Source of the DNA: Bacillota bacterium
GTDB lineage: Bacteria; Bacillota; Clostridia; Christensenellales; UMGS416
Reading direction: 5' to 3'
DNA length: 64,000 nucleotides
Assembly: GCA_023421955.1 (NCBI GenBank)
Contig: JAEZSE010000001.1
Coordinates: forward strand, 13,110 to 77,109
The first letter of the stretch is position 1. Every line of letters starts with the position of its first letter. Below are positions 28,076 through 38,019 of this stretch, in pieces. Under the pieces are notes generated by a model, which made no database searches, had not been told where the DNA came from, and saw only the letters and a list, made by a program, of their open reading frames with translations. A program made the translations under genes and the position numbers.

Positions 28076-29878
28076 ATGCCCCGCAGGCAGGACTATATTA
28101 GGAACTTTTGCATCATCGCCCACATCGACCACGGTAAGTCCACGCTGGCCGACCGCCTGTTGGAACTCACCGGCGTGGTGGCCCAGCGCGACCTGGAGGA
28201 GCAGATGCTCGACACGATGGACCTGGAGCGTGAGCGTGGCATCACGATCAAGGCCCAGGCCGTGCGCATGCCCTATGTGGCGCTGGACGGGCAGGAATAT
28301 GAACTGAACCTGATCGACACCCCTGGACACGTGGACTTCAGCTATGAGGTGAGCCGGTCGCTGGCAGCCTGCGAGGGCGCGATCCTTGTGGTGGATGCCA
28401 CGCAAGGCATCGAGGCGCAGACGCTGGCCAACGTGTATCTGGCGCTGGACCACAACCTGGAGATCATCCCGGTGATCAACAAGATCGACCTGCCCAGCGC
28501 CGATGTGGAGGCTGTGCGCAAGGAGATTGAAGACATCATCGGCCTGGATGCAAAGGATGCCCCGGCGGTCTCCGCCAAGGAGGGCATCAACATCCGCGCC
28601 ATCCTGGAGCAGGTGGTCAAGCTGGTGCCGCCGCCCAAGGGCAGTGAGGATGACACGCTGCGGGCATTGATCTTTGACTCGTATTATGACAACTACAAAG
28701 GTGCCATCAGTTTCGTTCGCATCGTGGAGGGCAGCGTGGTGCCCGGCGACCGCATCCGCATGATGGCGACCGGTTCGGAGTTTGAGGTCACTGAGGTGGG
28801 CATGTTCCGACCCCGCCTCACACCTACCGGCGGCCTCTATGCCGGCGAGGTGGGCTATATCTGCGCCAGCATCAAGAACGTGGCCGAAACCCGCGTGGGC
28901 GACACGATCACCAACGCGTCCTCTCCGGCTTCCGAGCCCCTGCCAGGCTATAAGGAAGCCATCCCGATGGTGTTTTGCGGCATCTATCCGGCCGACGGCG
29001 CCCATTATGAGGATGTGCGCGACGCGCTGGAGAAGCTGAAACTCAATGACGCCGCGTTTCAGTTTGAGCCTGAGACGTCGGTGGCGCTGGGCTTTGGGTT
29101 CCGCTGCGGCTTTTTGGGCCTTCTGCACATGGAGATCATCCAGCAGCGCCTGGAGCGGGAGTTTGACCTGGACCTGGTCACTACCGCCCCCAACGTGGTC
29201 TACAAGGTGGTGCTCAACGACGGCACGGTGCTGATGATCGACAACCCCAGCAAGCTGCCCAATCCCACCGACATCGAGCACATGGAGGAACCGATGACCT
29301 CGGCCCACATCATCACGCCGGTGGAGTATGTAGGCGCCATCATGGGCCTGTGCCAGGACAAGCGGGGCATCTTCGGCGAGATGAAGTATCTGGAAGCCAC
29401 CCGCGTGCAGTTGAGTTACAAGCTGCCGCTCAACGAGATCATCTACGACTTCTTTGACGCGTTGAAGTCCCGCACGAAGGGTTATGCTTCTTTCGATTAT
29501 GAGGTGACCGGCTATGAGCCCAGCGAGCTTGTGAAGCTGGACATCCTGCTGAACGCCGAGATCTGCGACGCGCTGTCGCTGATCACCCACAAGGAAAAGG
29601 CCTATGCCCGTGGCCGGGCGATGTGCGAGAAGCTGAAGGAAGCGATCCCGAGGCAGATGTTTGAGATCCCGATCCAGGCGGCCATCGGTGGCAAGATCAT
29701 CGCCCGCGAGACGGTGAGCGCCTTCCGCAAAGACGTGTTGGCCAAATGTTACGGCGGCGACATCACCCGCAAGAAGAAGCTGTTGGAAAAACAGAAGGAA
29801 GGAAAGAAGCGCATGCGCCAGGTGGGCAGCGTGCAGGTGCCCAGCGAGGCGTTTATGTCGGTTCTGAAGCTGGATTGA
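28076..29878 (+). CDS. lepA: Elongation factor 4
   Basis: [34 protein letters not shown]. Start set at MPRRQDY after AAAGGAAG. Confidence 0.95.
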   Translation: MPRRQDYIRNFCIIAHIDHGKSTLADRLLELTGVVAQRDLEEQMLDTMDLERERGITIKAQAVRMPYVALDGQEYELNLIDTPGHVDFSYEVSRSLAACEGAILVVDATQGIEAQTLANVYLALDHNLEIIPVINKIDLPSADVEAVRKEIEDIIGLDAKDAPAVSAKEGINIRAILEQVVKLVPPPKGSEDDTLRALIFDSYYDNYKGAISFVRIVEGSVVPGDRIRMMATGSEFEVTEVGMFRPRLTPTGGLYAGEVGYICASIKNVAETRVGDTITNASSPASEPLPGYKEAIPMVFCGIYPADGAHYEDVRDALEKLKLNDAAFQFEPETSVALGFGFRCGFLGLLHMEIIQQRLEREFDLDLVTTAPNVVYKVVLNDGTVLMIDNPSKLPNPTDIEHMEEPMTSAHIITPVEYVGAIMGLCQDKRGIFGEMKYLEATRVQLSYKLPLNEIIYDFFDALKSRTKGYASFDYEVTGYEPSELVKLDILLNAEICDALSLITHKEKAYARGRAMCEKLKEAIPRQMFEIPIQAAIGGKIIARETVSAFRKDVLAKCYGGDITRKKKLLEKQKEGKKRMRQVGSVQVPSEAFMSVLKLD

Positions 29879-31152
29879 TGGCAGGACTCTATATCCACAT
29901 CCCCTTTTGCGTGAGAAAATGCGCCTACTGCGACTTCCCCTCCGTGGCTGGAAGGGAAGAGGACGCGGGGCGCTTTTTTGCTGCGGTGGTGAGGGAGGCG
30001 GAGCTTTGGTGGGATGATTGCGTCGGTGGAGGGATTGGGCGGGTACCGAGCCCCGCCCGTACATCGACAGCATGTTCAATCGATTCCCTACCCTCCCTTA
30101 ATAAGGGGGGATGCCGCCTCAGCGGCAGGGGGGATTTCACTGGGATGTCACCAACAGTGACAGGGGGAGTCCATAAGAGAGTTTTCTCCACCGTCTTCCT
30201 TGGCGGCGGCACTCCCTCCCTCCTTCCAGCTGGCGATCTGGAGCGGCTCATGGACAGCCTGCGCTTGGTGCTGGACATCTGCCCCATTGAGTTCACCGTG
30301 GAGGTAAACCCCGGCACCGTAGACAAGGCGAAGCTCGAATCCTTTCGCCGCATGGGGGCCAACCGCATTTCCTTTGGCGTGCAGGCGGCGCAAGACGGCC
30401 TGCTCAAGCGCATCGGGCGCATCCACACATGGGCTGACTTTGTTCGATCTTTCGAGCTGGCCCGTGAGGCCGGATTCACCAACATCAATGCCGACATGAT
30501 GACCGGCCTGCCCGGCCAGACCGTGACTGACGCGGTGGATACTGCCCGCAGGCTGGTTGCGCTGGGAGTGGAGCATGTGTCCTGTTATGGGCTCATCCTG
30601 GAGGAAGGCACACCGATGTTTGCTGCTGTGGAATCCGGCGCGCTCACCGTGCCTGATGGTGATCTGGAGCGGGAGATGTTCCACGAGGCGAAGCAGGTTC
30701 TTGAAGCGGTGGGGATCAAGCGCTACGAGATTTCCAACTTCGCAAAGCCAGGCATGGAGTGCCTGCACAACCTCACTTACTGGCGAAATGAGGATTGGCT
30801 GGGGTTAGGCCCCGGCGCCGCGTCACACTTTGACGGCGTCCGCTGGGAAAACTACCCCGATCTGGATAGCTATATGCTAGCGTTGGAGCAGGGCGCGTTG
30901 CCCCCTGCTGACACCCATGAGATTGGCGGCAAGGAGACGGCTTTTGAATCAGTGATGCTGGGCTTGCGGCTGGTGGAAGGCATCGACTTGAAGCGCTTTG
31001 CAGCCCGCCATGGGTTCTCGTTCCTGGAGCGGTTTGGTGCGGTTATGGATAAACAGGTTGAATTGGGCCTGATGCAGAAAACCCCGCGCGCAGTCAGTCT
31101 GACCGAGCGGGGGATGGATTTGCAGAACTCTGTATTGATGGAGTTCATGTAG
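29878..31152 (+). CDS. hemW: Radical SAM heme chaperone HemW (HemN-like) carrying a ~55-aa in-frame insertion
   Basis: LYIHIPFCVRKCAYCDF, FLGGGTPSLL, HNLTYW. TGATG overlap with the lepA stop. Confidence 0.85.
   Translation: MAGLYIHIPFCVRKCAYCDFPSVAGREEDAGRFFAAVVREAELWWDDCVGGGIGRVPSPARTSTACSIDSLPSLNKGGCRLSGRGDFTGMSPTVTGGVHKRVFSTVFLGGGTPSLLPAGDLERLMDSLRLVLDICPIEFTVEVNPGTVDKAKLESFRRMGANRISFGVQAAQDGLLKRIGRIHTWADFVRSFELAREAGFTNINADMMTGLPGQTVTDAVDTARRLVALGVEHVSCYGLILEEGTPMFAAVESGALTVPDGDLEREMFHEAKQVLEAVGIKRYEISNFAKPGMECLHNLTYWRNEDWLGLGPGAASHFDGVRWENYPDLDSYMLALEQGALPPADTHEIGGKETAFESVMLGLRLVEGIDLKRFAARHGFSFLERFGAVMDKQVELGLMQKTPRAVSLTERGMDLQNSVLMEFM
30014..30180 (+). repeat. GC-rich modular palindromic element inserted in frame within hemW
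   Basis: Contains a REP-like hairpin (30037..30058) followed by TACATCGAC, box CCCTCCCTTAATAAGGGGGGATG..CAGGGGGGATTTC (30091..30138), and GGGATGTCACcaacaGTGACAGGGGGAGT (30142..30170). All three recur at other loci. Confidence 0.8.
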
Positions 31153-31214
31153 CATTTTATCATGTATTTGTCTATAATTCTTATCAGACTATAAAGCAAT
31201 GATGAGGTGTTGAA

Positions 31215-31646
31215 ATGAGTATATTTGATCATCTCCAAAGATCAAAATCTAGGCAGTTGAATGACAAATACATTCTGGATGTGTTGAAAGCAAAATGCGG
31301 TAATTGTGTAACTGAACAGGTCTTTTCAATACGGATTGAGAGAAAGTGGCTTGCAAGGTACTATATACCGATACTTCCGAACACGAGATATTTCTATCTT
31401 ATATGCAATGATTGTCAGTGTCAAACCGAGATTTCCAAGAATGTTGTTAAGAGGTTAAAGAAATTCAAGCAGTGTACAACACTGCTGCTGGAACACAAGA
31501 TATCAGACGAGGAATACCATGCTGCATTGATTCAACATGGCGTTTTTCCTGATGAGTTCATCCCAAACAATGATTGGGAGTGCCCGAAGTGCAAAAGAGC
31601 AAATAGCGGCATCACATATCGTTGTAAATGCGGATATGGTGTTTAG
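31215..31646 (+). CDS. Hypothetical Cys-rich protein with C-terminal RanBP2-like zinc finger (AT-rich islet)
   Basis: CGNC...CNDCQC...WECPKCKRANSGITYRCKCG. Confidence 0.5.
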   Translation: MSIFDHLQRSKSRQLNDKYILDVLKAKCGNCVTEQVFSIRIERKWLARYYIPILPNTRYFYLICNDCQCQTEISKNVVKRLKKFKQCTTLLLEHKISDEEYHAALIQHGVFPDEFIPNNDWECPKCKRANSGITYRCKCGYGV

Positions 31647-31675
31647 TTTGAGGCCTTAGCAGTTTGGATCTTTCT

Positions 31676-31894
31676 TTACGGTGTGCAAACCGTCAGATCC
31701 CTGTATTGCGCAAGAGGGCATGCCCCCAGTGTTGCTGCTGGCTCTACGATGTCGCCGATTGGCTGCAACGCCTGTATGGAATCCGTTGTTGCGGTGTTTG
31801 ACCCAGCAATGGGTTCCGCTGCTGTTTCCTTTGGCAAGCCGCAGGCAGTAAATAGCACTGAAATCGTAAAGAACAGAATCATCATTTTTTTCAT
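31676..31894 (-). CDS. Small hypothetical lipoprotein
   Basis: MKKMMILFFTISVLFTAC lipobox. GGGAGG RBS. Start set at the internal Met of track ORF 31676..31942. Confidence 0.5.
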   Translation of the reverse strand: MKKMMILFFTISVLFTACGLPKETAAEPIAGSNTATTDSIQALQPIGDIVEPAATLGACPLAQYRDLTVCTP

Positions 31895-31986
31895 GGGGTT
31901 TACCTCCCGATACAGATTGATCTTACCATCTGCTTGGCACATACATCGTGATCATTTACACATTAACCGGGGGCACAATCCTTCTA

Positions 31987-32679
31987 TTACCTCGAACTTT
32001 GAGACAAATCACCTTCATTGCTGTACCCATTGCTCTCCCAGTATCCCTTGTAGTTTGTGTCATCTGAAAGCTCAATGCGGCTGACCCATCGTGCCCATTT
32101 GTAGCCCCATTTATCTTCCGCCACAAAGATGAAGGGGTAGCCCATCTCCGGCGGCAGCGCGATGTCGTTGGCGGCGTAGGCAATCATCAGGTTCTTTTCG
32201 AGGATTTCCTGCAGCGGTAGCGAGGTGGTATAGCCGTCCACAGCATGGAAGATCACGGTTTTGGCCTCTGGCTGCACGTTTGCCGCGTCCAGCAGCGCCT
32301 TCATTGTGACACCTTTCCACAGGATTGTCGCATCCCAGCCTTCCACACAATACAGAGTGATCAGCCGCTCCTCGCTTGGCAAGGCCTTGACTTCGTCATA
32401 GGTGTATTGTTTGGGGGTGTTCACCAAACCATCCACAGTTAGTCGATATGTAGTGATATCCACCCTTTGGGTGCCTTTGATCGAGTTGTCTCGAGGGCCC
32501 ACAGCGGGGTCGAGCTTCCTGCCGTTGTATTCCCGAAGTTCGCCTTCGCGGTAGCGCTTCATTGTGGCGGTGGACACGGTATCGGGTGCGGGGGAACCGG
32601 CCATTCCAGAAGGCTTCGGGGCAGCACAGGCAGCGAGGATGAGAATGGGTAACAGACAAAGTGCAAGTATTTTTTTCAA
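31987..32679 (-). CDS. Molybdopterin-dependent oxidoreductase-fold lipoprotein (sulfite oxidase/MsrP-like catalytic domain)
   Basis: ITLYCVEGWDATILWKGV and DGYTTSLPL, typical of the oxidoreductase molybdopterin-binding domain. Lipobox LAAC. A TTG start after GAGGAGG is inferred. Confidence 0.7.
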   Translation of the reverse strand: MKKILALCLLPILILAACAAPKPSGMAGSPAPDTVSTATMKRYREGELREYNGRKLDPAVGPRDNSIKGTQRVDITTYRLTVDGLVNTPKQYTYDEVKALPSEERLITLYCVEGWDATILWKGVTMKALLDAANVQPEAKTVIFHAVDGYTTSLPLQEILEKNLMIAYAANDIALPPEMGYPFIFVAEDKWGYKWARWVSRIELSDDTNYKGYWESNGYSNEGDLSQSSR

Positions 32680-32805
32680 GAGGTGCTCCTCCTCAATGCT
32701 GGATTGAGTCAACTATAGTATAGGCAGAATCAGATCGAATGAATGTGATAATGCGCACAACAAATCCGAGAGATTGGCACCACCGGAAGATGACGGACAA
32801 TGCAC

Positions 32806-33070
32806 GGGCGGACTCTGTACCGGCCCGAGACTGTAAGCAACGCAGGCAAGCAAGGCCGAAAACCACATCTTGACATTCTGTGTGCAGGCTGATTGCCTGA
32901 TCGAGCCCGCCGAATGCATAAAAGGGCGCAGGGCGAAGCCCTGTATACACCCCCCTCCCCCATAAGGAGTGCGATAGTGGCCAATAGTCTGATGGGGGAG
33001 GGGTAGAGGTGGGGGGTCACAGGATAATAGAAAGGGGTCGGTACAGAGCCCGACCCCTACCATAGACATC
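32806..33070. repeat. Cluster of repeat-family modules in a 390-bp non-coding gap
   Basis: Degenerate REP-like copy at 32806..32826 in inverted orientation. 11-bp long-range stem CCCCTCCCCCA (32952..32962) with TGGGGGAGGGG (32993..33003). Intact REP-like hairpin GGGGTCGG-tacagagc-CCGACCCC plus CTAC at 33034..33060. Confidence 0.7.
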
Positions 33071-33103
33071 ATTTTCTGGTGATATCGTTTCTGCAAAGAG
33101 ACG

Positions 33104-35332
33104 TTACTTCTTCTCATCACCGTAAAAATTGATCAGACAACCCGCCAGCAGGATTGGCCGCTCGGAGGCCGACAGCGGCAGCTTCATCTTGATCTTGCGC
33201 ACCGAACCATTGGGCTCGATCAGGATGCCATAGACGCTTTCGCGAGTGCCCTGCACGGTGCCACGGATGCCGGCAATCACGATTTTCTGGCCCACTTCAA
33301 AGCTCTCATCGCTGAGGAAGGGCAGGATGCCCCAATTGCAAAGGTTGCTGCGGTAGCGCTTGGTGGCGTATTCCTGGGCGATGTTGGCCCAGCCGCCCAG
33401 CACCTTCTGGCAGCTGGCGGCCTGCTCGCGGGCGGAACCGTCGCCGGGCTTCACGGCGTAGATCGCCGAACCGATGCCGGTGTTTTCCGGGGTGAGGTTG
33501 ATGCCGGTCAGCTGCGAAAGCTCCAGGAGCAGGGCGCTTTGGCCAGTCAGGCGCTCAGCCTCCAGTGCGCGCACGGCCTTGGAGCGGCCCACATAGCCCG
33601 GATCCTTGCGCGACAGCGTGAAATCTGCCAGCTTGTGGGGGTTGGAGCGCCAGCTGGACGTCTCGCCGGAGGGGATCAGCTCGTCGGTGGTGGTCACCGG
33701 ATCATCGATGGCGGAGACGATTTCCAGCACGATGTTGTCCGGCAATGGCTGGAAGTCCGGCCAGTCGGCGATGTTGGGTCCGAAGCGCAGCGGCGCGTCT
33801 GTCTTTGCGTCGCCCCAGCCGGAGTAGACACGGGCACGGTAGGGGCTGTCGTCATAATGATACTCCGGCACGGCAGGCATCTCGATTTCAGTGGCAGGGG
33901 TGAGCATGCCGCCGTTTGCGGCGGTGGCGGCGATGCTGCGGGCGTCCATCAGCGCCACGGCGGAAACCTGCCCCAGGTCGGGCTTGGAGCCTTCGCGGTT
34001 GGGGAAGTTGCGCGTGGTGTGGCGGATGCTCAGGCCCTGATGGGGCGGTACGTCGCCGGCACCGAAGCATGGGCCGCAGAAAGCGGTGCGCAGCGTGGCC
34101 CCGCTGGCAATCAAATCGGCCAGCGCGCCGTTTTTCATCAGCTCCAGCATCACCGGCTGGCTGCCGGGGTAGGCGGACAGCGCGAACTCACCGGAGCCGA
34201 TGGACTTTCCTTTCAGGATACCCGCCGCGATGGCCAGGTTTTCATAAGTGCCGCCAGCACAGCCGGCGATCACTCCCTGCTCCACATGGAGCTTGCCATT
34301 GATCAGCTTGTCGGTGAGCTTGTACTGAAGGCCCGGCGCATCCATTGCCTTTCCGGCGCTCTGCTCCACGGAGCGGAGGATGTCGCCGGCGTTCTGGTTG
34401 AATTCCTCAATCGTATAAGCGTTAGAGGGGTGGAAGGGCAACGCGATCATCGGCTTGATCTTGGAAAGATCCACAACCACCGCGCAGTCATACTTGGCCA
34501 CGGCATCGGGGGCCATTGGCTTATAATCGTTCCCGCGGCCATGGATGGCCAGGAATTCCTTCGTCTTCTCATCGGTGGTCCAGATGGAGGAAAGGCAGGT
34601 GGTCTCCGTGGTCATCACGTCGATGCCGTTACGGTAATCCATGGATAGGCCCGCCACACCGGGGCCGGCAAACTCCATCACCTTGTTCTTCACAAAGCCA
34701 CTGGCAAAGGTGGCCTTGATGATCGCCAACGCCACGTCGTGGGGGCCAACGCCGGGCTGCGGCGCGCCGGTGAGCCAGATCAGCACCACCTCCGGCCGTT
34801 TCAGGTCATAGGTGCGGCTCAAAAGCTGCTTGACAAGCTCCGGCCCGCCCTCACCCACGGCCAGCGTGCCTAGCGCGCCGTAGCGGGTGTGGCTGTCGCT
34901 CCCCAGGATCATTGCGCCGCAGGCGGCGTGCTTCTCTCGCATATAGGTGTGGATCACGGCCAGATGAGCCGGCACATAGATGCCGCCGTATTTCACCGCT
35001 GCCGAAAGGCCGAAGAGGTGATCGTCCTCATTGATCGTGCCGCCCACCGCGCACAGCGAGTTGTGGCAGTTGGTGAGCACCCACGGCACCGGGAACTTAT
35101 CAAGGCCGCTGGCGCGGGCTGTCTGCAAAATACCCACATAGGTGATGTCGTGGCTGGCCAGCGCGTCGAACTTCAGCTTGAGCTCTGTATCGGAGCCGCT
35201 GTTGTGCGCGTTCAGGATACCCCAGGCCATCGTGCCGGAGGCTGCAGTCGCTTCCAGCGCTGGGTCGATGGATGGGGCCATTTCTTTGCCGTTCAACAAG
35301 TAGACGGGTTTTTCAATCAGTTGAATCATCAT
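33104..35332 (-). CDS. Aconitase-family hydratase (putative aconitate hydratase)
   Basis: [24 protein letters not shown] and a C-terminal swivel domain. 742 aa. Confidence 0.75.
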   Translation of the reverse strand: MMIQLIEKPVYLLNGKEMAPSIDPALEATAASGTMAWGILNAHNSGSDTELKLKFDALASHDITYVGILQTARASGLDKFPVPWVLTNCHNSLCAVGGTINEDDHLFGLSAAVKYGGIYVPAHLAVIHTYMREKHAACGAMILGSDSHTRYGALGTLAVGEGGPELVKQLLSRTYDLKRPEVVLIWLTGAPQPGVGPHDVALAIIKATFASGFVKNKVMEFAGPGVAGLSMDYRNGIDVMTTETTCLSSIWTTDEKTKEFLAIHGRGNDYKPMAPDAVAKYDCAVVVDLSKIKPMIALPFHPSNAYTIEEFNQNAGDILRSVEQSAGKAMDAPGLQYKLTDKLINGKLHVEQGVIAGCAGGTYENLAIAAGILKGKSIGSGEFALSAYPGSQPVMLELMKNGALADLIASGATLRTAFCGPCFGAGDVPPHQGLSIRHTTRNFPNREGSKPDLGQVSAVALMDARSIAATAANGGMLTPATEIEMPAVPEYHYDDSPYRARVYSGWGDAKTDAPLRFGPNIADWPDFQPLPDNIVLEIVSAIDDPVTTTDELIPSGETSSWRSNPHKLADFTLSRKDPGYVGRSKAVRALEAERLTGQSALLLELSQLTGINLTPENTGIGSAIYAVKPGDGSAREQAASCQKVLGGWANIAQEYATKRYRSNLCNWGILPFLSDESFEVGQKIVIAGIRGTVQGTRESVYGILIEPNGSVRKIKMKLPLSASERPILLAGCLINFYGDEKK

Positions 35333-35422
35333 ATCACTGCTTTTCTTTGGAATTCCTCAAATTATACCTGTTAGCGGTGTTTCCGTCAATGCGAGTTGCA
35401 TATTATCAACATGAAAGAATAT

Positions 35423-36664
35423 TTATACAACCGAAGTTTGTTCCTTGTCAAACCTAAAGTAGTACCCTTTTGCTTCATTGGCAAGGCGCAACCCCCGTGC
35501 TTCCACCGTTTCGCGGATTGCGGGCAGAGTGGTTTCTGTGGCAGTGGTGATCAGCTGCCCATCTCCCGGCAGCAAGGCGCACAGCTCGCCATACAGACCG
35601 GAGATGTCAGCGAATCCATCGGTTGCACTTTCCACAACTATGAGATCATAGGGGCCTGGAAACTGATCACTGATGCTTTGATATGGCCCATACATGGATT
35701 TGCGGCAGACGGTGGCCAGGTCCGCAAGGGTGTGCGGCGCATCGGCCAAATAGTCGATTGCCACGTCCTCCACACCAATGCGGCGATACATGTTTTTGAT
35801 CTGCAGCAGCGTGGATCCGCAGGAGCCGCCCAGACCTAAAATGCTCACCGGGCCCTGGCGCTTGTACCAGTGCAGGTTGACCACATCCATGTCAATATGA
35901 GCCGCTGCCCAGGAGTCCACGCCGAACTTTTTGATAAACAAGGTTCGATTGCGCTGGGGTAGGTTGTTTTTTTCGTATTCGGCGTTGAAGGTTACCGAGC
36001 CATAATGGTGCACGTAGGTGTCGCCTGCCAGGATGAGCCGCCAGCCCATTCGCCGCAGCTTGAAGCTGATGGCGTCATCGTCGTAGGCACCGGGGTTGAA
36101 ATCCTCGTCAAACCACCCGGCATCAGCAATGGCCTTGGCGCGGAAAAGGCAGGTGTAGGTGACCAGCTTCATCCGGTCTTCCCAGAGCCTTGGGTTGCTT
36201 CGATTGCGGCGATCGGCCAGTGCGTGCAGTTGCTCAAGAGTTTCATAGGGCAGATTCACCTGTTGGCGGTTGGAGGAGAACCCGCACACCGGTACGGCCA
36301 TGGCAATTCTCTCATCCGATTCCATAACGGTGACCAGGTTTTTCAGCCAATGGTCGGTTGCCACGATGTCGTTGCTCAGGTTCAGCACGTATTTGCCCTC
36401 GCCCAGTTGCAGCCCCCGGTTGATGGCCCGGTCCACGCCGATGTTTTCCTCAAACCGCAGCTTCTTTTTGTGGGGCAGGCTGTCGAAGTATTCGGCTGTG
36501 CCGTCGGTGGAGCCGTTGTCCACGGTGATCAGCTCATAATCCACGCCGTCGGTGTGTGCGATCAGGCTCTCGTAGCATTGTTTTGTGTAGTCCAGATGGT
36601 TGTAGGCCAGCAGCACCACGCTCACTTGTGGCTTATGCTCAGGCCTGGGTTCTGTCAGCAGCAT
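35423..36664 (-). CDS. Family-2 glycosyltransferase fused to a Rossmann methyltransferase-like C-terminal domain (paralogue A)
   Basis: VSVVLLAYNHLDYTKQCYESL..YELITVDNGSTDGT, a DED region, and C-terminal ILGLGGSCGST...YDLIVVE. Start set at the Met after GGAGGA. Confidence 0.75.
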   Translation of the reverse strand: MLLTEPRPEHKPQVSVVLLAYNHLDYTKQCYESLIAHTDGVDYELITVDNGSTDGTAEYFDSLPHKKKLRFEENIGVDRAINRGLQLGEGKYVLNLSNDIVATDHWLKNLVTVMESDERIAMAVPVCGFSSNRQQVNLPYETLEQLHALADRRNRSNPRLWEDRMKLVTYTCLFRAKAIADAGWFDEDFNPGAYDDDAISFKLRRMGWRLILAGDTYVHHYGSVTFNAEYEKNNLPQRNRTLFIKKFGVDSWAAAHIDMDVVNLHWYKRQGPVSILGLGGSCGSTLLQIKNMYRRIGVEDVAIDYLADAPHTLADLATVCRKSMYGPYQSISDQFPGPYDLIVVESATDGFADISGLYGELCALLPGDGQLITTATETTLPAIRETVEARGLRLANEAKGYYFRFDKEQTSVV

Positions 36665-36677
36665 GGGCTCCTCCGGT

Positions 36678-38006
36678 TCATGATGCAGGATGACCGGCCA
36701 TGAATTGGTCGAACCGATCCAGCACATAGTCCAGCATATGCGAGGTTAAGCCGGGGTAGACGCCAATGAAGAAGGCGTTGTGCAGCACCTTTTCAGTGTT
36801 ATGAAGGGGCCCGGCGATGCGGCAGTGGATCGTGCGGTAAGCCGGGTGCTTTAGGATGTTGCCGGCGAAGACCATACGGGTCTCGATGTTGCCCTCCTCC
36901 AACCATTGCACCAGCTCTGACCGGGTGAAGCCTGCGCCTTCCCGCACCATCAGCGGCAGCGCAAACCAGGATGGGTCAGCTCCCGGCAGCGCGGTGGGCA
37001 GCTGCAGGCGGTTGGCATAGGGGGTCAATCCTTCGGCCAATCGAGCGAAGTTCGCCTTGCGCTTTGCGGTGAAATCCGGCAGCTTTTTGAGCTGCTCGAC
37101 GCCCATCGCGCACTGGATGTCCAAGGGCTTTAAGTTGTAACCAATGCTGCTGGTGACATACTTGTGATCATAGCCCTCAGGCAGTCCTACAAACTTGTGA
37201 CTGAACCGGCAGCCGCAGGCACCTTGAGGGTTTTCCTCACCGGTGCGGCACCAGCAGGCCCGGCCCCAGTCCCGCAGTGAAAGAGCCTGGCGGTAAAGAA
37301 CTGTGTTGTTGGTCACCACCGCACCACCCTCTCCCATCGTGATGTGGTGGGCGGCATAAAAGCTCATTGTAGCCATGTCGCCGAAACTGCCGCAGAGCCG
37401 GCCCTGATAGCGGGAATCCAGCGCGTCACAGGTGTCCTCGATGACATAAAGCCCATGGGCCTGGGCAAAGCCCATGATCATATCCATCTGGGCTGGGTTG
37501 CCCAGCGTGTGGGCCACCAGAATGGCGCGGGTGCGTTCCGAGAGTGCCCGGTTCAACAACCCTGCATCCAGGTTATAGGTGCCATCCTCCAAATCTACAA
37601 ACACCGGCACCAGGCCATTTTGCAGCACCGGGTTCAAGGTGGTGGGGAAGGCCAGCGCCGCTGTGATCACCTCGTCGCCGGGCTTCAGCGGGTCTGGCAA
37701 ATTGGGGGAGCACAGGGCACTCACAGCCAGTAGGTTGGCTGACGAGCCGGAGTTCACAATGAGGGCGTGCTTCATGCCCATATACTGCCTCAAGCATTCG
37801 GCAAAGGCGTCGCCATACGGGCCCAGCGTCAGGCGGAAGTCCAGCACACTGTCCACCATGGCCTGCATCTCCCGCTCGTCATACACTCGCCCGGCATAGT
37901 GCACGCGGCTTTTGCCCGGTACATAGGTTTCTTCCTCGCGACGGAGGGCGTAGAGTTGTTGAACCCGGTTGAGGATTTCAGCCCGTAACTGTGTTTCGGT
38001 TGGCAT
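36678..38006 (-). CDS. rfbH: CDP-4-keto-6-deoxy-D-glucose 3-dehydrase (E1; RfbH/DdhC type)
   Basis: YAGRVYDEREMQAMVDSVLDFRLTLGPYG..LIVNSGSSANLLA. His replaces the Schiff-base Lys (SFYAAHHITMGEGG). Cys cluster CWCRTGEENPQGACGC. Start set at MPTETQ after AGGAGG. Confidence 0.8.
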   Translation of the reverse strand: MPTETQLRAEILNRVQQLYALRREEETYVPGKSRVHYAGRVYDEREMQAMVDSVLDFRLTLGPYGDAFAECLRQYMGMKHALIVNSGSSANLLAVSALCSPNLPDPLKPGDEVITAALAFPTTLNPVLQNGLVPVFVDLEDGTYNLDAGLLNRALSERTRAILVAHTLGNPAQMDMIMGFAQAHGLYVIEDTCDALDSRYQGRLCGSFGDMATMSFYAAHHITMGEGGAVVTNNTVLYRQALSLRDWGRACWCRTGEENPQGACGCRFSHKFVGLPEGYDHKYVTSSIGYNLKPLDIQCAMGVEQLKKLPDFTAKRKANFARLAEGLTPYANRLQLPTALPGADPSWFALPLMVREGAGFTRSELVQWLEEGNIETRMVFAGNILKHPAYRTIHCRIAGPLHNTEKVLHNAFFIGVYPGLTSHMLDYVLDRFDQFMAGHPAS

Positions 38007-38019
38007 GATGGTGCCTCCT

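Noticed and set aside
30010-30185. The hemW insertion as an intein or a self-splicing intron.
   Set aside because: At ~55 aa and ~170 nt it is far too short. It has no intein splicing blocks (no C/S...HN-C/S/T junctions), and the sequence is shared with intergenic repeats.
32680-32930. Molybdenum-cofactor (Moco) riboswitch in the leader of the molybdopterin-oxidoreductase lipoprotein gene.
   Set aside because: The context is suggestive, but I could not find the conserved Moco-motif core from memory in either strand. Part of the leader is a degenerate repeat-family copy. A covariance-model scan is needed before any claim.
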